Below are positions 26,201 to 38,774 of a DNA stretch of 64,000 bases, one piece after another (the stretch's first letter is position 1; the number at the start of each line of letters is the position of its first letter). The notes below the pieces were generated by a model that worked only from the letters and a program-made list of their open reading frames with translations, was not told the DNA's origin and did not search any database. Source of the DNA: Octopus sinensis (lineage: Eukaryota). Made by a program: the position numbers and the translations under genes. The stretch covers positions 13,578,001-13,642,000 of the forward strand of contig NC_043022.1 in the NCBI RefSeq assembly GCF_006345805.1, given 5' to 3'.

Positions 26201-29200
26201 TGGAAGTAGAACTTGGCCAGAGCATAGTCGCCTTGCACTACCCAACTCCTAACATCAAAGGCGTCCTTTGTTCTCCAAATATTGACCTTAGTGCCTCCAA
26301 AACCTTAGAGACCTACAAATGCTCCAAATGTCGTAATCTGTTTCCGACTGTCTCTCGTCTCCATTCACATATAATACGTTGTGCTTCTAATCTAGACACT
26401 ATGCTTTCTACCACTAGTTCTAAAATGGGCAAAAGGAAGTACAAGAAGCGCTTAAAGAAACGGCTCCGCGATGTGTTGAATGGTTCTAATACTTTTAAAT
26501 TCCGATTGAAAGACTTTGCTGGATATGATCCAACTATGTTCCGAGAAAATAATACAACGCGAAGGAGGTTGGCCGACTGCGAGAACAGTAAGGTCACTTA
26601 TATTGATGATGACCCAGACAAAAACCGTAAACGTCGTGGCCCTGACTTGTCTTATGACCCTAAAAATCATGTTAGGCGAAGAGAATCAGTTGAGGTGATT
26701 GAAACACATCAGTGCCGGGGTTGTAACATAAAGTTCAAGTCTCTGCCCTCACTTGAGAGACATGCCCCCAATTGTTCGCATAAGGACAAACTTCAAAGCC
26801 TCAAAGTACTTGAAGGTACTGCCCCTGCTCCCCCAGTAAAATCAAAACCCCAACATAAATGTCACTACTGCAGCAAGCTGTTCACTTATCCGAAAAGCCT
26901 TTGTAATCATTATGTAAATTTATGTTCAGCTCGGAACCAACGACAGAAAAAAGGAAATCTTTCTATGGAGGATCTTCAGAAAGAAGCAGCCATTGCAAGA
27001 TTGGTACAGCAAGAGGAAAAAGAGAAAGTGTCAGAGGTTCAAATCCCTGCTGAGAATAAGCCAAATGAAACAGAACAAAACCCTGATTGTAAAGGTGTAA
27101 AAAGAAAATTGTACAAGAAAAATTATTCTTGGACTTCGATAAAAAAGAAAAAGAATGAAAACTCTGAAAAGGCGAGCAGTGATGTTGAAAATGATGAGGA
27201 TGATGATGAAGAGGAAGAAGAAGATGATGAAGAAGAAGAAGAGGAGGAGGAGGAGGAGTTGGAGGAAGGAGAGTATGCCCTTGAATATGACAATGATGAT
27301 GCTTCGGAAGAGAAGGCGGATTGGTTGGCATTTAAGGGCGAAGTCAAAGAGGAGACTAAATCATCATTGCATAATGATGACGAGGTTCCCGAAGGCAATG
27401 TTTGCAGAACGAAATCTAAGTCTTCTGATGCTTGCCTAGAGGAACTCTTAGTGGAGAAGGAACCGTTGTTACATTCAAAGACCGTTGAAGAAAGTTCACA
27501 AAGTGCTCTCAGCAAACAATTGCGGAATTCAAATGTTGTAGAGAAACCATGCAATGTTACAAACAGCGAAATAAAATTGTCGACAAATAGCGTAGCATGT
27601 AAAACCGAGACATCTTATGAGCACCAAGGTGCTTACAAGAATATCTTGGAGTCTGAACTGTATAAGCAGCTGACTAAACAAACCATGTTTGGCAGTGCTG
27701 CAGACAGTTCAAATGCAGACGTAAAGCAGGAACCAAGGGACGTGGAATTAACGAAAGCTTCAGTGACCGACGCCCAACCTTCTGTGTTTGAAGACCAACT
27801 GAATGAAGAGACTTCAAAATCAGAAACGCAACTTGATGGTGGAATCGATAGTCAGGCTTCGACAGATAATGTTGCGACTGAAAGATCAGAAGTTGTTGAA
27901 GAAATCCAAACAGGTGCAATTTGTGATCAGGAAGAGGTGAAACCGAATTCTTTGGTGGCGCAGCTACCTGATGAAACAGCTAAGAAAACATCAGAAGATG
28001 ATGGCCAGGATGTAAAACTACCAGAAAATGACGCAGGAGACACAGACAATCAACACCATTCTCTGCCTGAAGAATCTCCAGAAGATGCAGAGAAGGAATT
28101 TGGTGATGAAAGCAACAGAGCAATACAGTGCCATGTTAGTGATTCACTTCCCAAAGACACAACAGATGGAGTACCACAAACAGCATCAGAATATCCTCTT
28201 GCAGATGATGCTGGTGCCTCCAATGCATCTTATGTTTTAATGCCAAGTGAGTTTCTTTCTGGACAGCCCACAGATGGAAATAATGGAGAAACATTATCTT
28301 TATCCGGCGGCACCGATGTTGCAGCAGCAGAAACAAATACAAGCATTGTAAACGTTGAGGCTGAAGGTGCCAAAGAAGCGGCAGATGTCCCTCTCTTACA
28401 GTTGTGTACTGATGGTTCTACAATGGTTTTGTGGCCAGTTGGGATGGAAGGACTACCAAGCAGATTTAAGCCAGTTGATAACACATTAGGTGTGACCATC
28501 CCTGGACTTCAGGTGAACCTCACAAACAGCAGTGACTTGGTCAGTTCAACGCCAGTTTGTGAGAAAACAGATCCTGAAAACAGTGTCTCTTCTGGTATTG
28601 AACCGCTACCCAAAGAAGTAGAAAGTCCAGCTACAGCAAATGAGTCTAATCTAAGTTTGGTTATTGATGACGAGGCTAAAATGCAGGACAGTTGTACAGA
28701 GGGACCGAGTGAAACAATTAAATACCTTCTGACTCACCCAGCAGGACAAGATGCAGAAGGTTGCCAGTCTCCATCTGTGGACAAGTTAGTAACAAGTGAT
28801 AGTGATTTGTCAAAAATAGAAATTGCGAGGGAGCCTGCTGAGAAGCACATCATGCACAGCATTTTAAACAAGCCACCCTTGGCAGCCCCTACTGCCGCGT
28901 GGGATATGCTGAGAAATCCTACTTTGGCAGGACCCGTTGTTAATACTTCTTTAATTCCAGTTCCTTCAGATAACTCTGAAGGAAGTATGTCAGCTTCATG
29001 TGAATGTGACCCTGTTCTAAATCAGTCATCTTCTACAAATGTCGAAGTGAGTTGTGGATCTGAAAACATCAGCTTAAAAACATCTCAACCGATTTCTGAT
29101 ACAACTGATGACACAAGTACAAATGATGAATTGAAGGAGAGTTCATCTTACTGTGACAGTGAGACGCCCTTACTGAAAGCTACGGGGAATTCTATCTCTA

Positions 29201-32200
29201 AAGAACTTGATTCCACGACTCCTAAAGAAATGCAATGTACTGGATGTGATATGAAACATGATATGGCTATTTCATGTCCATCTGCAGCTCCATGTTCAGT
29301 GAGCGACACATTCGTTTCGACTGCCGAAGATTCTCATAACAATGTTTCAAATGATTATCAAGAACCAGTGTCTGTGACATCCGAATCATTGAAAAATGTT
29401 TCTCAACCTGATTCCGAAACAGAGACAGATGGTCCTACATGTGAAGTGACATCTTTGTTGGCTGATGCAACTGGTTCTGAGACTGAGACACTTGCTGCAG
29501 ATGACTGCAACTTGAACACTTCACCAAACAACATTTCTACTGAGGAGTGCATTGTGGAAAAAAGCAGCATTTTTGAAGAAATTACTGAGAGCGATAAAAC
29601 TATGATGATTGAGGAGAGTTTGTCTGGTACCGAGGTCTCTGTGTTGAATGAACCAATAGTAGCTATCTCTAAAAACCAAGTGCAAGAGGATGGCCCTCAT
29701 GTCACCTACACAGACAACGTAACAGAAGAACCTGTGGCCCAAGAAGCGGTCAGTGAACACTCGCAAGTGGATGTTTGTAACCTTAATGTTGTTTATACAC
29801 CTTTACCAGAGTTCTGTGAAGTAAATGTGACTCTGGTACCAGCAGTGTCGTATGATATTGGTGAGAACGAACATAGTATTGTATCAGTAGTTGAAGATGC
29901 TCCTATGAACGAGACGGTGACAACATCCGTGTCGGTGATGGGAGATGAATCTAAAAGTGAGATGTTGGAAGCTGTGTCTGTGCCAGTGGTGGGCAACGAG
30001 TCCGAAATTGGGACACTAGAAGTTGTAGATGGTCAGTCTGAAAATGGAGTGGTGGACAGTGTGGACGGTGAAGTTGACCAGGCATTAGAAACTTCTTCAA
30101 CAGTGGACAGTGAGCCTGAAAGTGAGACACTTGACACTGCATCACTTGTCAACAGTAATTTTGAAAATGAGACAGAGCACGCTGCAGAAGTAAGAGACAG
30201 TATCTCTGATGATGAAATGGTGGAGACAACCTCAGCAGGAGATGACGAACCTGAAAATGAGGCAGTTGTAACTGCTTCAATAATAGACTTGAAAGCCGAA
30301 TGTGAGACGGAAGAGGTGCCTGTTGAAGTTGGCTGCCCTGTGAATGAAATAGTGTCACCAGTTGATGCAGAAATAGAGAATGTCCCTATAAATGAGACGG
30401 TGGAGATTGTATCAGTTGGAGACAACCTGTATGAAGGCGAAACGGTGGAAACAACATCGGCAACAGGAAGCGAATTTGAACATGAAACAACTGCACAAGC
30501 TGTGCTGGTGGACTTGTCCGAAAATGAAACCCCAGTTGAGGCCAAATCGGCAGCAAACATCATCTGTGACAGTGGAATGGTAACTAACGTGTCTACAGCG
30601 ATGCACGATATTGCAATTGAGGGTCAGGTAACAGTACCTGGTTTGTCAATTTTGAGTGACACCTTTGAAAATGAGGTAGCTGTGGTTGAAGTGGCTGTGG
30701 GCCATGAAGGTGAAGAAGAAGAAGAATCATCTGTCAGTGCACCTGTGAAAAGCCCTGAACCTGTAGTTGAAACGAAGCTGGTTACACCAGGAATGAGCAG
30801 CACATGGGAAAATGCGGTGCAGACGACAGAATCAGTATCAAAGAGCAGTATTTCAGCAACAGGTAATTTACCTGAAAGCGAGACAGGTGTAAATGTGTCG
30901 GCAACAAACAACACATTGAGAAATGAGATGTCAGCACTCGAGTGCGAAACAGATGAGGCATCTGAAAAAGAAACAGTACCTGGATTGATATCTGCAAGTG
31001 CTGATGGTATTGCATTTGAAGATGATAAATCACAGTCAGGTACACCTGTCGTTAGTTTAAGAGATGGGGTGACTAACAAAGTGTCACCTGGTTATATAGT
31101 AATGGAGGAAAATTCTTCACAGGCAAGCTGTTCTGTTTATGACAGTAATTTTGTACCTGTCGTCACGGAAACAGATACGTCATCTAATATCGTTGTGACT
31201 TTGTCTGATGTGAGCTGTGGAGGACCTTCACAAATGGAAATGGCAACACTACCTGAAACATGCGTTACCCTACCAAATCCTGACCAAAGTGTTTCATTAT
31301 TGGACAGTGCTGCTGCTCCTCAAATCAAAACGGTCATGACAGAAACGACAAGCAGTGTGTCCGGTCATGGGGAAAATGTATCTGTAAGGGATACACACTT
31401 GCGCCAAGAGGAAACGGCTGCGTTTGTAATGACCAATAAGGCAGCAAGTGCATCGCTCATTCCTGTGTGTAGTGCACCAGACGACAAAACATCGGTACTT
31501 CATGTAGTGAGCAGTGGCGATATACATGGAGTAGGTGAGTTCTCACCTGCTGAAACTGTAATATGTGATATACCTGGTAAGGAATCGACCTCGGTGTCAG
31601 TAATATATAGTGCTTCACTTGAAAAGAATTCTGCTCCTGTGGTATTTAGCAGCTGTTCTGGAAAGGTAACACCAGCCGTATCATCAGTGTACAGTACTGT
31701 ACTCTTAAATGACAATGCAGCAACAAGTTTACCTGTGACGTGTGGAAAAGTAATACCAACCGTACCTGTGGTGTGTAACATTGTATCTGAGAAAGAAGCC
31801 GCTGTTGTACCTGTGGTGTATAACTCTCTGTGTGGAATGGAACCTACAAACATATCTGTGATAGATAGCAACATGTCTGGGGAACAGATGTCTGCTGTAG
31901 CTGGGGGGTGCAGTAATGCACCCGTAAAGGTGAGAGCAACGTCAGCATCAGGGATGTATGGCAGCGTACCTGGTGAAAAGACGGTGCTTGGTAGCACAGC
32001 CATACTTTCATCAGATAGCCATGTAGCTGAAACGATATCGTCCTTGCCTGTTGCATGTAGTGCTTTACCTGCGAATTTACTGCTCGCACCTCAACCATCT
32101 GTTACATCTGGCATTGTGTCGGGAACAGCAACAGTTACGACTTTAACATGTAGCGGTGCACTGCCAAAGAAAACGGGACTTTTGTTACAGACATGTAGCA

Positions 32201-34011
32201 CGATAGCGTCAGACAAATCTGCATCACTAACATGTAACAGAGTCGTACAAAGTACAGCGCCATTTATATCATCTACGGTTAGCAGTGGGGTGCTCGGTAC
32301 AGTACACATACCTCTGACATATAATGATGTAGAAACATCAACATGTAGCAGTTCAATGGTGTCTGAAGTGATGGATTCCTCATCGCTCACATGTGGCACA
32401 ATAGAATCTGAGAAGAGACCAACACCAGAAACTCTGAGAAACGATCGCATGACATCTGCATGTCTAACATGTTGCAGCCAAGGACCAGAAGAGGCAGCAC
32501 ATATACCACTAACATGTAGTGATGTAGTACTTGAGGATACAATGCTTGCATCACAGACATGTGGCAATGCAGTACCAGTGGAGACAGCAGCTACATTACT
32601 GGCATGTAGCAATGTAGTGTCGAAGGAGGTGGCACCTGCACCACAGACATGTAGCAGTGTAATACCAGAGAGGACAGTCCCTACATTATTAACAGGTAGC
32701 AATATCGTACAAGAGGAAACAGCACCTGCACAATTGACATGTAGCAGTGCAGTACCAGAGGACACAGCTACATTACTGGCATATAGTGATGTAGTATCAG
32801 AAACAGTGTCTACACCACAAACATGTGGCACTGTAGTACTAGAGGAGACAGTACCTATAACACTGACATGTAGCAAAGCGACACCAGAGGAAACCAAGCC
32901 CCTGCATTTGACATGTGGCAATGTCCCAGGACTTGATATTTTAGCGCTGTCAGTTACAAACAATTTTGTTCCTGAGACTGAAAACCCAGCTCCATTGGTT
33001 GAGGATGGTATATCTTCCGGGGCCGATGCGGAATCGGAATCTCTTGTGTCTCCAACGGTCAGCATCCCTATTGGGAACCCACATACTGAAGGCCTTATGT
33101 CTGTGCTGTCAAAATGTTACAATTCTGCTGCCAATACAAATAAGTCAAACCAACATTTGGATGAAGTGACAGCAAGGTCTGAAAACACCGGTTTTTTTAA
33201 CCCAGGAGCCTGCAACAAAAGTCTTACCAAGTGCACACCTTCTTCAGAAAATAATTTTAGACTTAAAAATACATCAAAAAATTCTAGCTTTGATTATTTA
33301 ACTCATTCTACTGACACAGATGGTGGAAGTGCAAAATGCTGGAAATATGAAGCAAGTGTACCTCAAAACATCCAGAAAAATCCAAGAAACGAAGCGGGAA
33401 AACAACAGCTCGGTGATCTTATTTCCTCGTCTGCGAAACATCTGGGTGAGACGGAATCTGTGAAATCCCTTGGTGAGGATGTTCGGATCTTGATGGAGGA
33501 GCAAGAGCAGGACTCGGATTCCGACCCACTTGTGGTATTGTCGAGAGTCGCAGTAGCCAAAATCTCTGAGTCAGCAATGAAATCGGAAGAGAATTCGAAG
33601 AAAGAGAGTGACTACACTGGTGTGACAACATTGAATTTTGAGAGCGAACTTGAGCTGGAAGTAGTACCTGAGGCGATAATGGAGGGTGATATTCTGTACG
33701 ATGATTTCCCAGGTAGCGTTCCATTCCATACGGTCATCACTCCTGATGCTAATGCAACATTAGAGACTCCACCTGACTGCCGTAAAATGATGCAATATCT
33801 CTCTGACACGTCAAGGACGCTCAAACACTCGTTACCTCCCCTGTCTCCACCTGTTCCCCTCTTAAATCTCCCGCACAGGTACAAATCGGAAACGCCTGCT
33901 GCTCACTGTTTATCTTTTGATAACTTTGAAGATTCGACACAAGCCAAACACATCAAAGTAACAGACTCTGTCTCTAAACCTGGTCCAAGCCTTAATCCTA
34001 GCCCTAACTGA
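23294..34011 (+). CDS. Zinc-finger protein, giant terminal coding exon (10,718 nt); whole protein ~3,890 aa with 7 C2H2 and 3 C2HC fingers
   Basis: Acceptor TTATTTCAG|GA completes the Gly codon (G20992+GA), restoring the HSG-NLPF-C linker, and the frame is uninterrupted to TGA 34009-34011. Fingers are CEYC..HVRIH, CQIC..HIVCMH, CTVC..HRRSAH, CSVC..HQLHRH, CSKC..HIIRC, CRGC..HAPNC and CHYC..HYVNLC. No orthologue recognised. Confidence 0.92.
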
Positions 34012-34924
34012 ACAGAACAAGAGGATTCAGTCAGACAACTCAAACACCTTTTGTTTGCCAATGAAGAAAGCAAAAAAATTCAGAAACTTTTGGCTAAATT
34101 TACACTTTTTTTTTTTCCTTTAAAATATTCTTCAAATTTTCTGCTTTTCCTAATTATTATTCTATATCTGTTTTTGAGGAATATGGAAACAATAACCAAG
34201 AACAGGCAAAGAATTCTTATGAACTATTTCTATGAAATTTCAAAAATTTGATTTTGGTATAAAAAAAAACACAAAAAAAATAGTTTCTTATGGAAGGAGG
34301 CACAGAGCTCGTTATTAGAACTCTGGGATTTTTTCTTAATTTTATAAAGTATGACTCTTTATAAATTTATATATATACATACTACACACACATATATATA
34401 TATATACATATATATATATGTGTGTGTGTATGTACTGCATATGTGTGTATGTATATGTACACATGTACATACAAAATATATATATATATATACTTACTAT
34501 ATACATGTATATATATATATATATATATATCGTGTGTGTATGTTTATGTACATACACATATACCCACACACTCCCACACATACAAAAGCTGTGATAATTT
34601 TTCGGGTATTCTATATTGTACGATCACAACATTGACACTTTTATTTCATTCCACTCCAAATCTAGCACCATAGAATCATGTCCACTTGGTACCACACAAA
34701 CACACACACACACACACACGCTCATACACACATGCTAGATGTATATGTCTGCTTGTTCTATACACACTAAGAATATTTGATTTCAAACATTAACTACATG
34801 CAAATGTCGTATATATGTATATGTGTATATATGTGTGTAGATTTGTATATGCATTTGTATGTATATATGTGCATGTGTATACACACATACACATATATAT
34901 ATACATGCATTTATATATATATAT

Positions 34925-35150
34925 GGCATGGCTGTGTAGTTTAGAAGCTCGTTTTGCAGTCATGTGGTTTCAGGTTCAATCCCCCTGTCTGGTACCTTGG
35001 GCAAGTATCTTCTGCTATAGCTCTGGGCTGACCAATGCCTTGTCAAGTCAATTTGATACGCAAAACCCTGTGGAATCCTGTCATTTGGGTGCGTGTGTGT
35101 ATTTATATATACATATATATATATATATTGGAAGGTTTGGAGATGATGTG

Positions 35151-35227
<77 letters not shown>

Positions 35228-35465
35228 AGATTTTTGTGTTTGACTCCACCTCACCACCCCCACTGCTTGACAACCAGTAATGGTCTGTTTGCATCTCCTG
35301 TGACTTAGCAGCTCAGCAAAGAGAGACTGGTCGGGTGCAAGTATCAGACTTTTACTACAAGAAAAAAAAAAGTAGAAATACTAGGGGTTGATTTGTGTCA
35401 ACTAAAACCCCTCTAAGCAGAGGCCCACCTTGGCAGCGACCCAATGACTAAAGCAATTAAAAGAA
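34925..35465 (+). mobile_element. Degenerate family A SINE with expanded central (TA)n
   Basis: TGGCTGTGTAGTTTAGAAG head, CCTTGGGCAAGTATC and the diverged 3' half are recognisable. Confidence 0.65.
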
Positions 35466-35846
35466 GAAAAAAATATATATAATGTGTGTGTGTGTGTGTG
35501 TATACACGTAATTTAATCATCAAAAGTGTTCTACCCTACAACATATACTGGTTATATATATATATATGTATGTTTGTATACATATGTATGTATATGGTTA
35601 ATTTATTTATTTCTACTCCTGCCATGCCATGTTTATTCCTGAAAATATTTATTCTCTATTATTTATTCTTCCCACTGTTTTTCCTTTTCCTTTATTATTT
35701 GCCCTTCAAACTCAGTGTTTTTTGGCCTCCTCCGTCAGCGTCCTCTCTGGTACTTATTAAGAGATCACACACACATGCATATGATATATATATATATGTT
35801 GTTTTATAGCATCAAAATTTAGAAACATGAAGTGGGGTAAAATTGA

Positions 35847-36653
35847 AAAAATAACAGCAAGTAAATTTGGGGGTAAAAACACGCTTTTGGATAGTAAAAG
35901 CCAAAAGCAGCTGTGGGACTTAAATGCCAGTTATGTTTACAGGGGCTTGTAGGTTCAAGTCCCAAACGCAGACTGACTTTTTCTATCCAGAAGGGTCTTT
36001 TTAACCCAAAAATAACAGCAAGTAAATTTGGGAATAAAAACACACTTTTGGATAGTAAAAGCCAAAGGTGGCTGTGGGACTTAGATGCCGGTTATGTTTA
36101 CAGGGGGTTGTAGGTTCAAGTCCCAAGCGCAGACTGACTTTTTCTATCCAGAAGGGTCTTTTTAACCCAAAAATAACAGCAAGTAAATTTGGGAATAAAA
36201 ACACACTTTTGGATAGTAAAAGCCAAAGGTGGATGTGGGACTTAGATGCCGGTTATGTTTACAGGGGGTTGTAGGTTCAAGTCCCAAGCGCAGACTGACT
36301 TTTTCTATCCAGAAGGGTCTTTTTAACCCAAAAATAACAGCAAGTAAATTTGGGAATAAAAACACACTTTTGGATAGTAAAAGCCAAAGGTGGCTGTGGG
36401 ACTTAGATGCCGGTTATGTTTACAGGGGGTTGTAGGTTCAAGTCCCAAGCGCAGACTGACTTTTTCTATCCAGAAGGGTCTTTTTAACCCAAAAATAACA
36501 GCAAGTAAATTTGTGAATAAAAACACACTTTTGGATAGTAAAAGCCAAAGGTGGCTGTGGGACTTAGATGCCGGTTATGTTTACAGGGGGTTGTTGGTTC
36601 AAGTCCCAAGCGCAGACTGACTTTTTCTATCCAGAAGGGTCTTTTTAACCCAA
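35847..36653 (+). repeat. 5 x 161-bp tandem array; each unit has Pol III-like A/B boxes and a T5 terminator
   Basis: Period 161 (36008, 36169, 36330, 36491); copies 2-5 are nearly identical and copy 1 is diverged. GGTTCAAGTCC is followed 15 nt later by TTTTT. Confidence 0.9.
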
Positions 36654-37610
36654 TATCTACGTGCTATTATTAGCTTTTTCTACTTCAAGTTCTACAGTTA
36701 AAAATGAATTACACACAGATATACACAATTACATCATTTTCTAATTATAATAAGACATTATGATATTTCAATGAGTTTGGTGTGTGTGTGTGTGTGTATG
36801 AGTGAGTGAGTGTATGCGTGTGTGTGTGTTTTATATCTATATACACATATATATATATATAAAAATATTCTTTGTAAATTTGGAAGGAGAAAATGAATGA
36901 GAGACAGAAAGAGAGAAAATAGTGGAACTTCATTCCTACAAATATGTTGGGGTTTTTTTTTGGGTGGGGAGGGGGAGGGGGGGTCTGCAGTAAGTCGTTA
37001 ATTAACTTATTGCAATTAACCTGGGAGTGAGAGAGAGAACAAACACGGAAACATAGACGAAAAGATTACAAATGAAAAAAAAAAAAAAATAATTTTAAAA
37101 ATCCTCAACATTATTGTTTACATGCAGTGAAACGAGTTTTTTTTTTTTTTTTTTTTTTTTTTGGTTTTTGATTTAATCATTAATTAATTAACTTTTTTTT
37201 TAAAATTCAATCAGATAAAGTCTTTTGTTTTCTATTTTTGCTCTTCGTTTTTTTTTTCTTTCTTTCTTTTATTTCGTTTTTGTATTTGTGAAGTTATGTG
37301 TTGAAACAAATGTATCTTTGAAGGGTCATTGCCATTATCATCACCATCATCATCGTTGTCATCATTTATTAACTGCCTTCCATGTCTTGGTGTGGGTTGC
37401 ACAGTCTGACCGGATCCAACAAAACACAGGACCATGTCATCCTCCATCAGCTGTTCTAGCATAGTCAACTTTGTCTTTCATCCTTTCAGGGTTGACAAAT
37501 TAAGTACCAGTTGCGTACTGGAGTCCTTGTGCTTAGAGTAGAAAAGATTCTTTATTGTTATGCAAGTATAGCGCAGTCAAGTGTGCACATGTGTTGCTAC
37601 TTGCTTCTTC

Positions 37611-37745
37611 ATTTCATAGCCTGATGAGTCGAGAGCTGCATAACGTATTATGTAATCTTATGGATGTTGTGCATACTGCATATCTGGCTGTACTCTGCTT
37701 GCATCACAATAAAGACTCTTGATGAAACAATTGTAGCTACCAAAT
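37611..37745 (+). ncRNA. Type I hammerhead ribozyme fold with 80-nt loop II
   Basis: Stem I TAGC/GCTA plus ATTT/AAAT, core CTGATGA (37621-37627), 8-bp stem II GTCGAGAG/CTCTTGAT, GAAA (37724-37727), stem III AC-AATT-GT and a GUA cleavage triplet (cut after 37735). Confidence 0.75.
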
Positions 37746-37799
37746 CACACATTTATCTGTTTGTATTGTACATATGTGTGTGTGTATATATATATATAC

Positions 37800-38072
37800 A
37801 TACTGTGCTTGTGGCTGGCTTCCATGCCGGTGGCACATAAAAAGCACCATCCAATCGTGGCCGTTGCCAGCTTCGTCTGGTCTCCGTGCCAATGGCACGT
37901 AAAAAGCACCCACTACACTCATGGAGTGGTTGGCGTTAGGAAGGGCATCCAGCCGTAGAAACATTGCCAGATCAGACTGGGCCTGGTGCAGCCTCCTGGC
38001 TTCCCAGACTCCAGTTGAACCATCCAACCCATGCTAGCATGGAAAGCGGACGCTAAACGATGATGATGATGA
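37800..38072 (+). mobile_element. (GAT)n-tailed RTE LINE 3' end
   Basis: GGCACATAAAAAGCACC subrepeats through GGACGCTAAACGATGATGATG. Confidence 0.85.
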
Positions 38073-38084
38073 TATAACTCCGTC

Positions 38085-38430
38085 AGTCATGAATGACCAT
38101 GGGTGCACCTAAAAGGATCCCCTCTGGGGCACAAGTCTGGGTGGAAAGTCGCCTCGCCAGCGAACGGATAACCTAGGGTTGTTGTTATAGAAGACCAGCA
38201 GTCGCCCACACATACCAGCCTCCCCTCTTCTTGCCACTGATCTTATCCAAGGGTAAGGCAAAGGCTGATACAGCTTCGCACCAATGATGTCGCAACTCAT
38301 TTCTACAGCTAGGTTCACTGGAGCAACATGAAATAAAGTGTCTTGCTCAAGAACACAACATGCAGCTCAGTCCGGGAATTGAACTCACAACCTCACGATC
38401 ATAAGCTCGATGCTCTAGCCAGTGAGCCGT
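38085..38430 (-). mobile_element. Family C-type CORE SINE with alternative tail
   Basis: GTGTCTTGCTCAAGAACACAAC...GGAATTGAACTCACAACC head and CORE on the minus strand. Confidence 0.7.
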
Positions 38431-38439
38431 ACAGAAGCA

Positions 38440-38600
38440 TCTTACAGTCAGTCTTTCACTCTGCGAGAGAAAGTCTTTGAAACTAGCAGAGGTATTAGGT
38501 CCCTGACCCCTTTCTTACTCTGGCTGCTTTTAATTTCAGATCACCCACCACTGCTAATTAGTTCATCTAAGTAATTAAAGCTGTCATATACTTCTAGGGA
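38440..38600 (-). pseudogene. Degenerate RTE LINE fragment
   Basis: Minus translation LEVYDSFNYLDELISSGG*SEIKAARVRK..RDLIPLLVSK is homologous to 21860-22000. Confidence 0.6.
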
Positions 38601-38774
38601 ACCTTGAAGAAATTTATTTTAATCATACCCCTATTATAATTCCTCGTGTGTATCTGCTTCTTAGCCCTTTAGCATTCAGTTTACACTGCATGTCAGCATC
38701 ATAGGAAGACCCTTCCCATCTGGAAGCGTAACAGCGATGCCCTTCCTGACATCCCTCCTTACTTTCTCATATAC

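Noticed and set aside
30033-33065. Long antisense ORFs (176, 151, 167 and 324 aa) opposite the giant exon
   Set aside because: They are shadows of a compositionally biased, repetitive sense ORF and show no independent domain signal.
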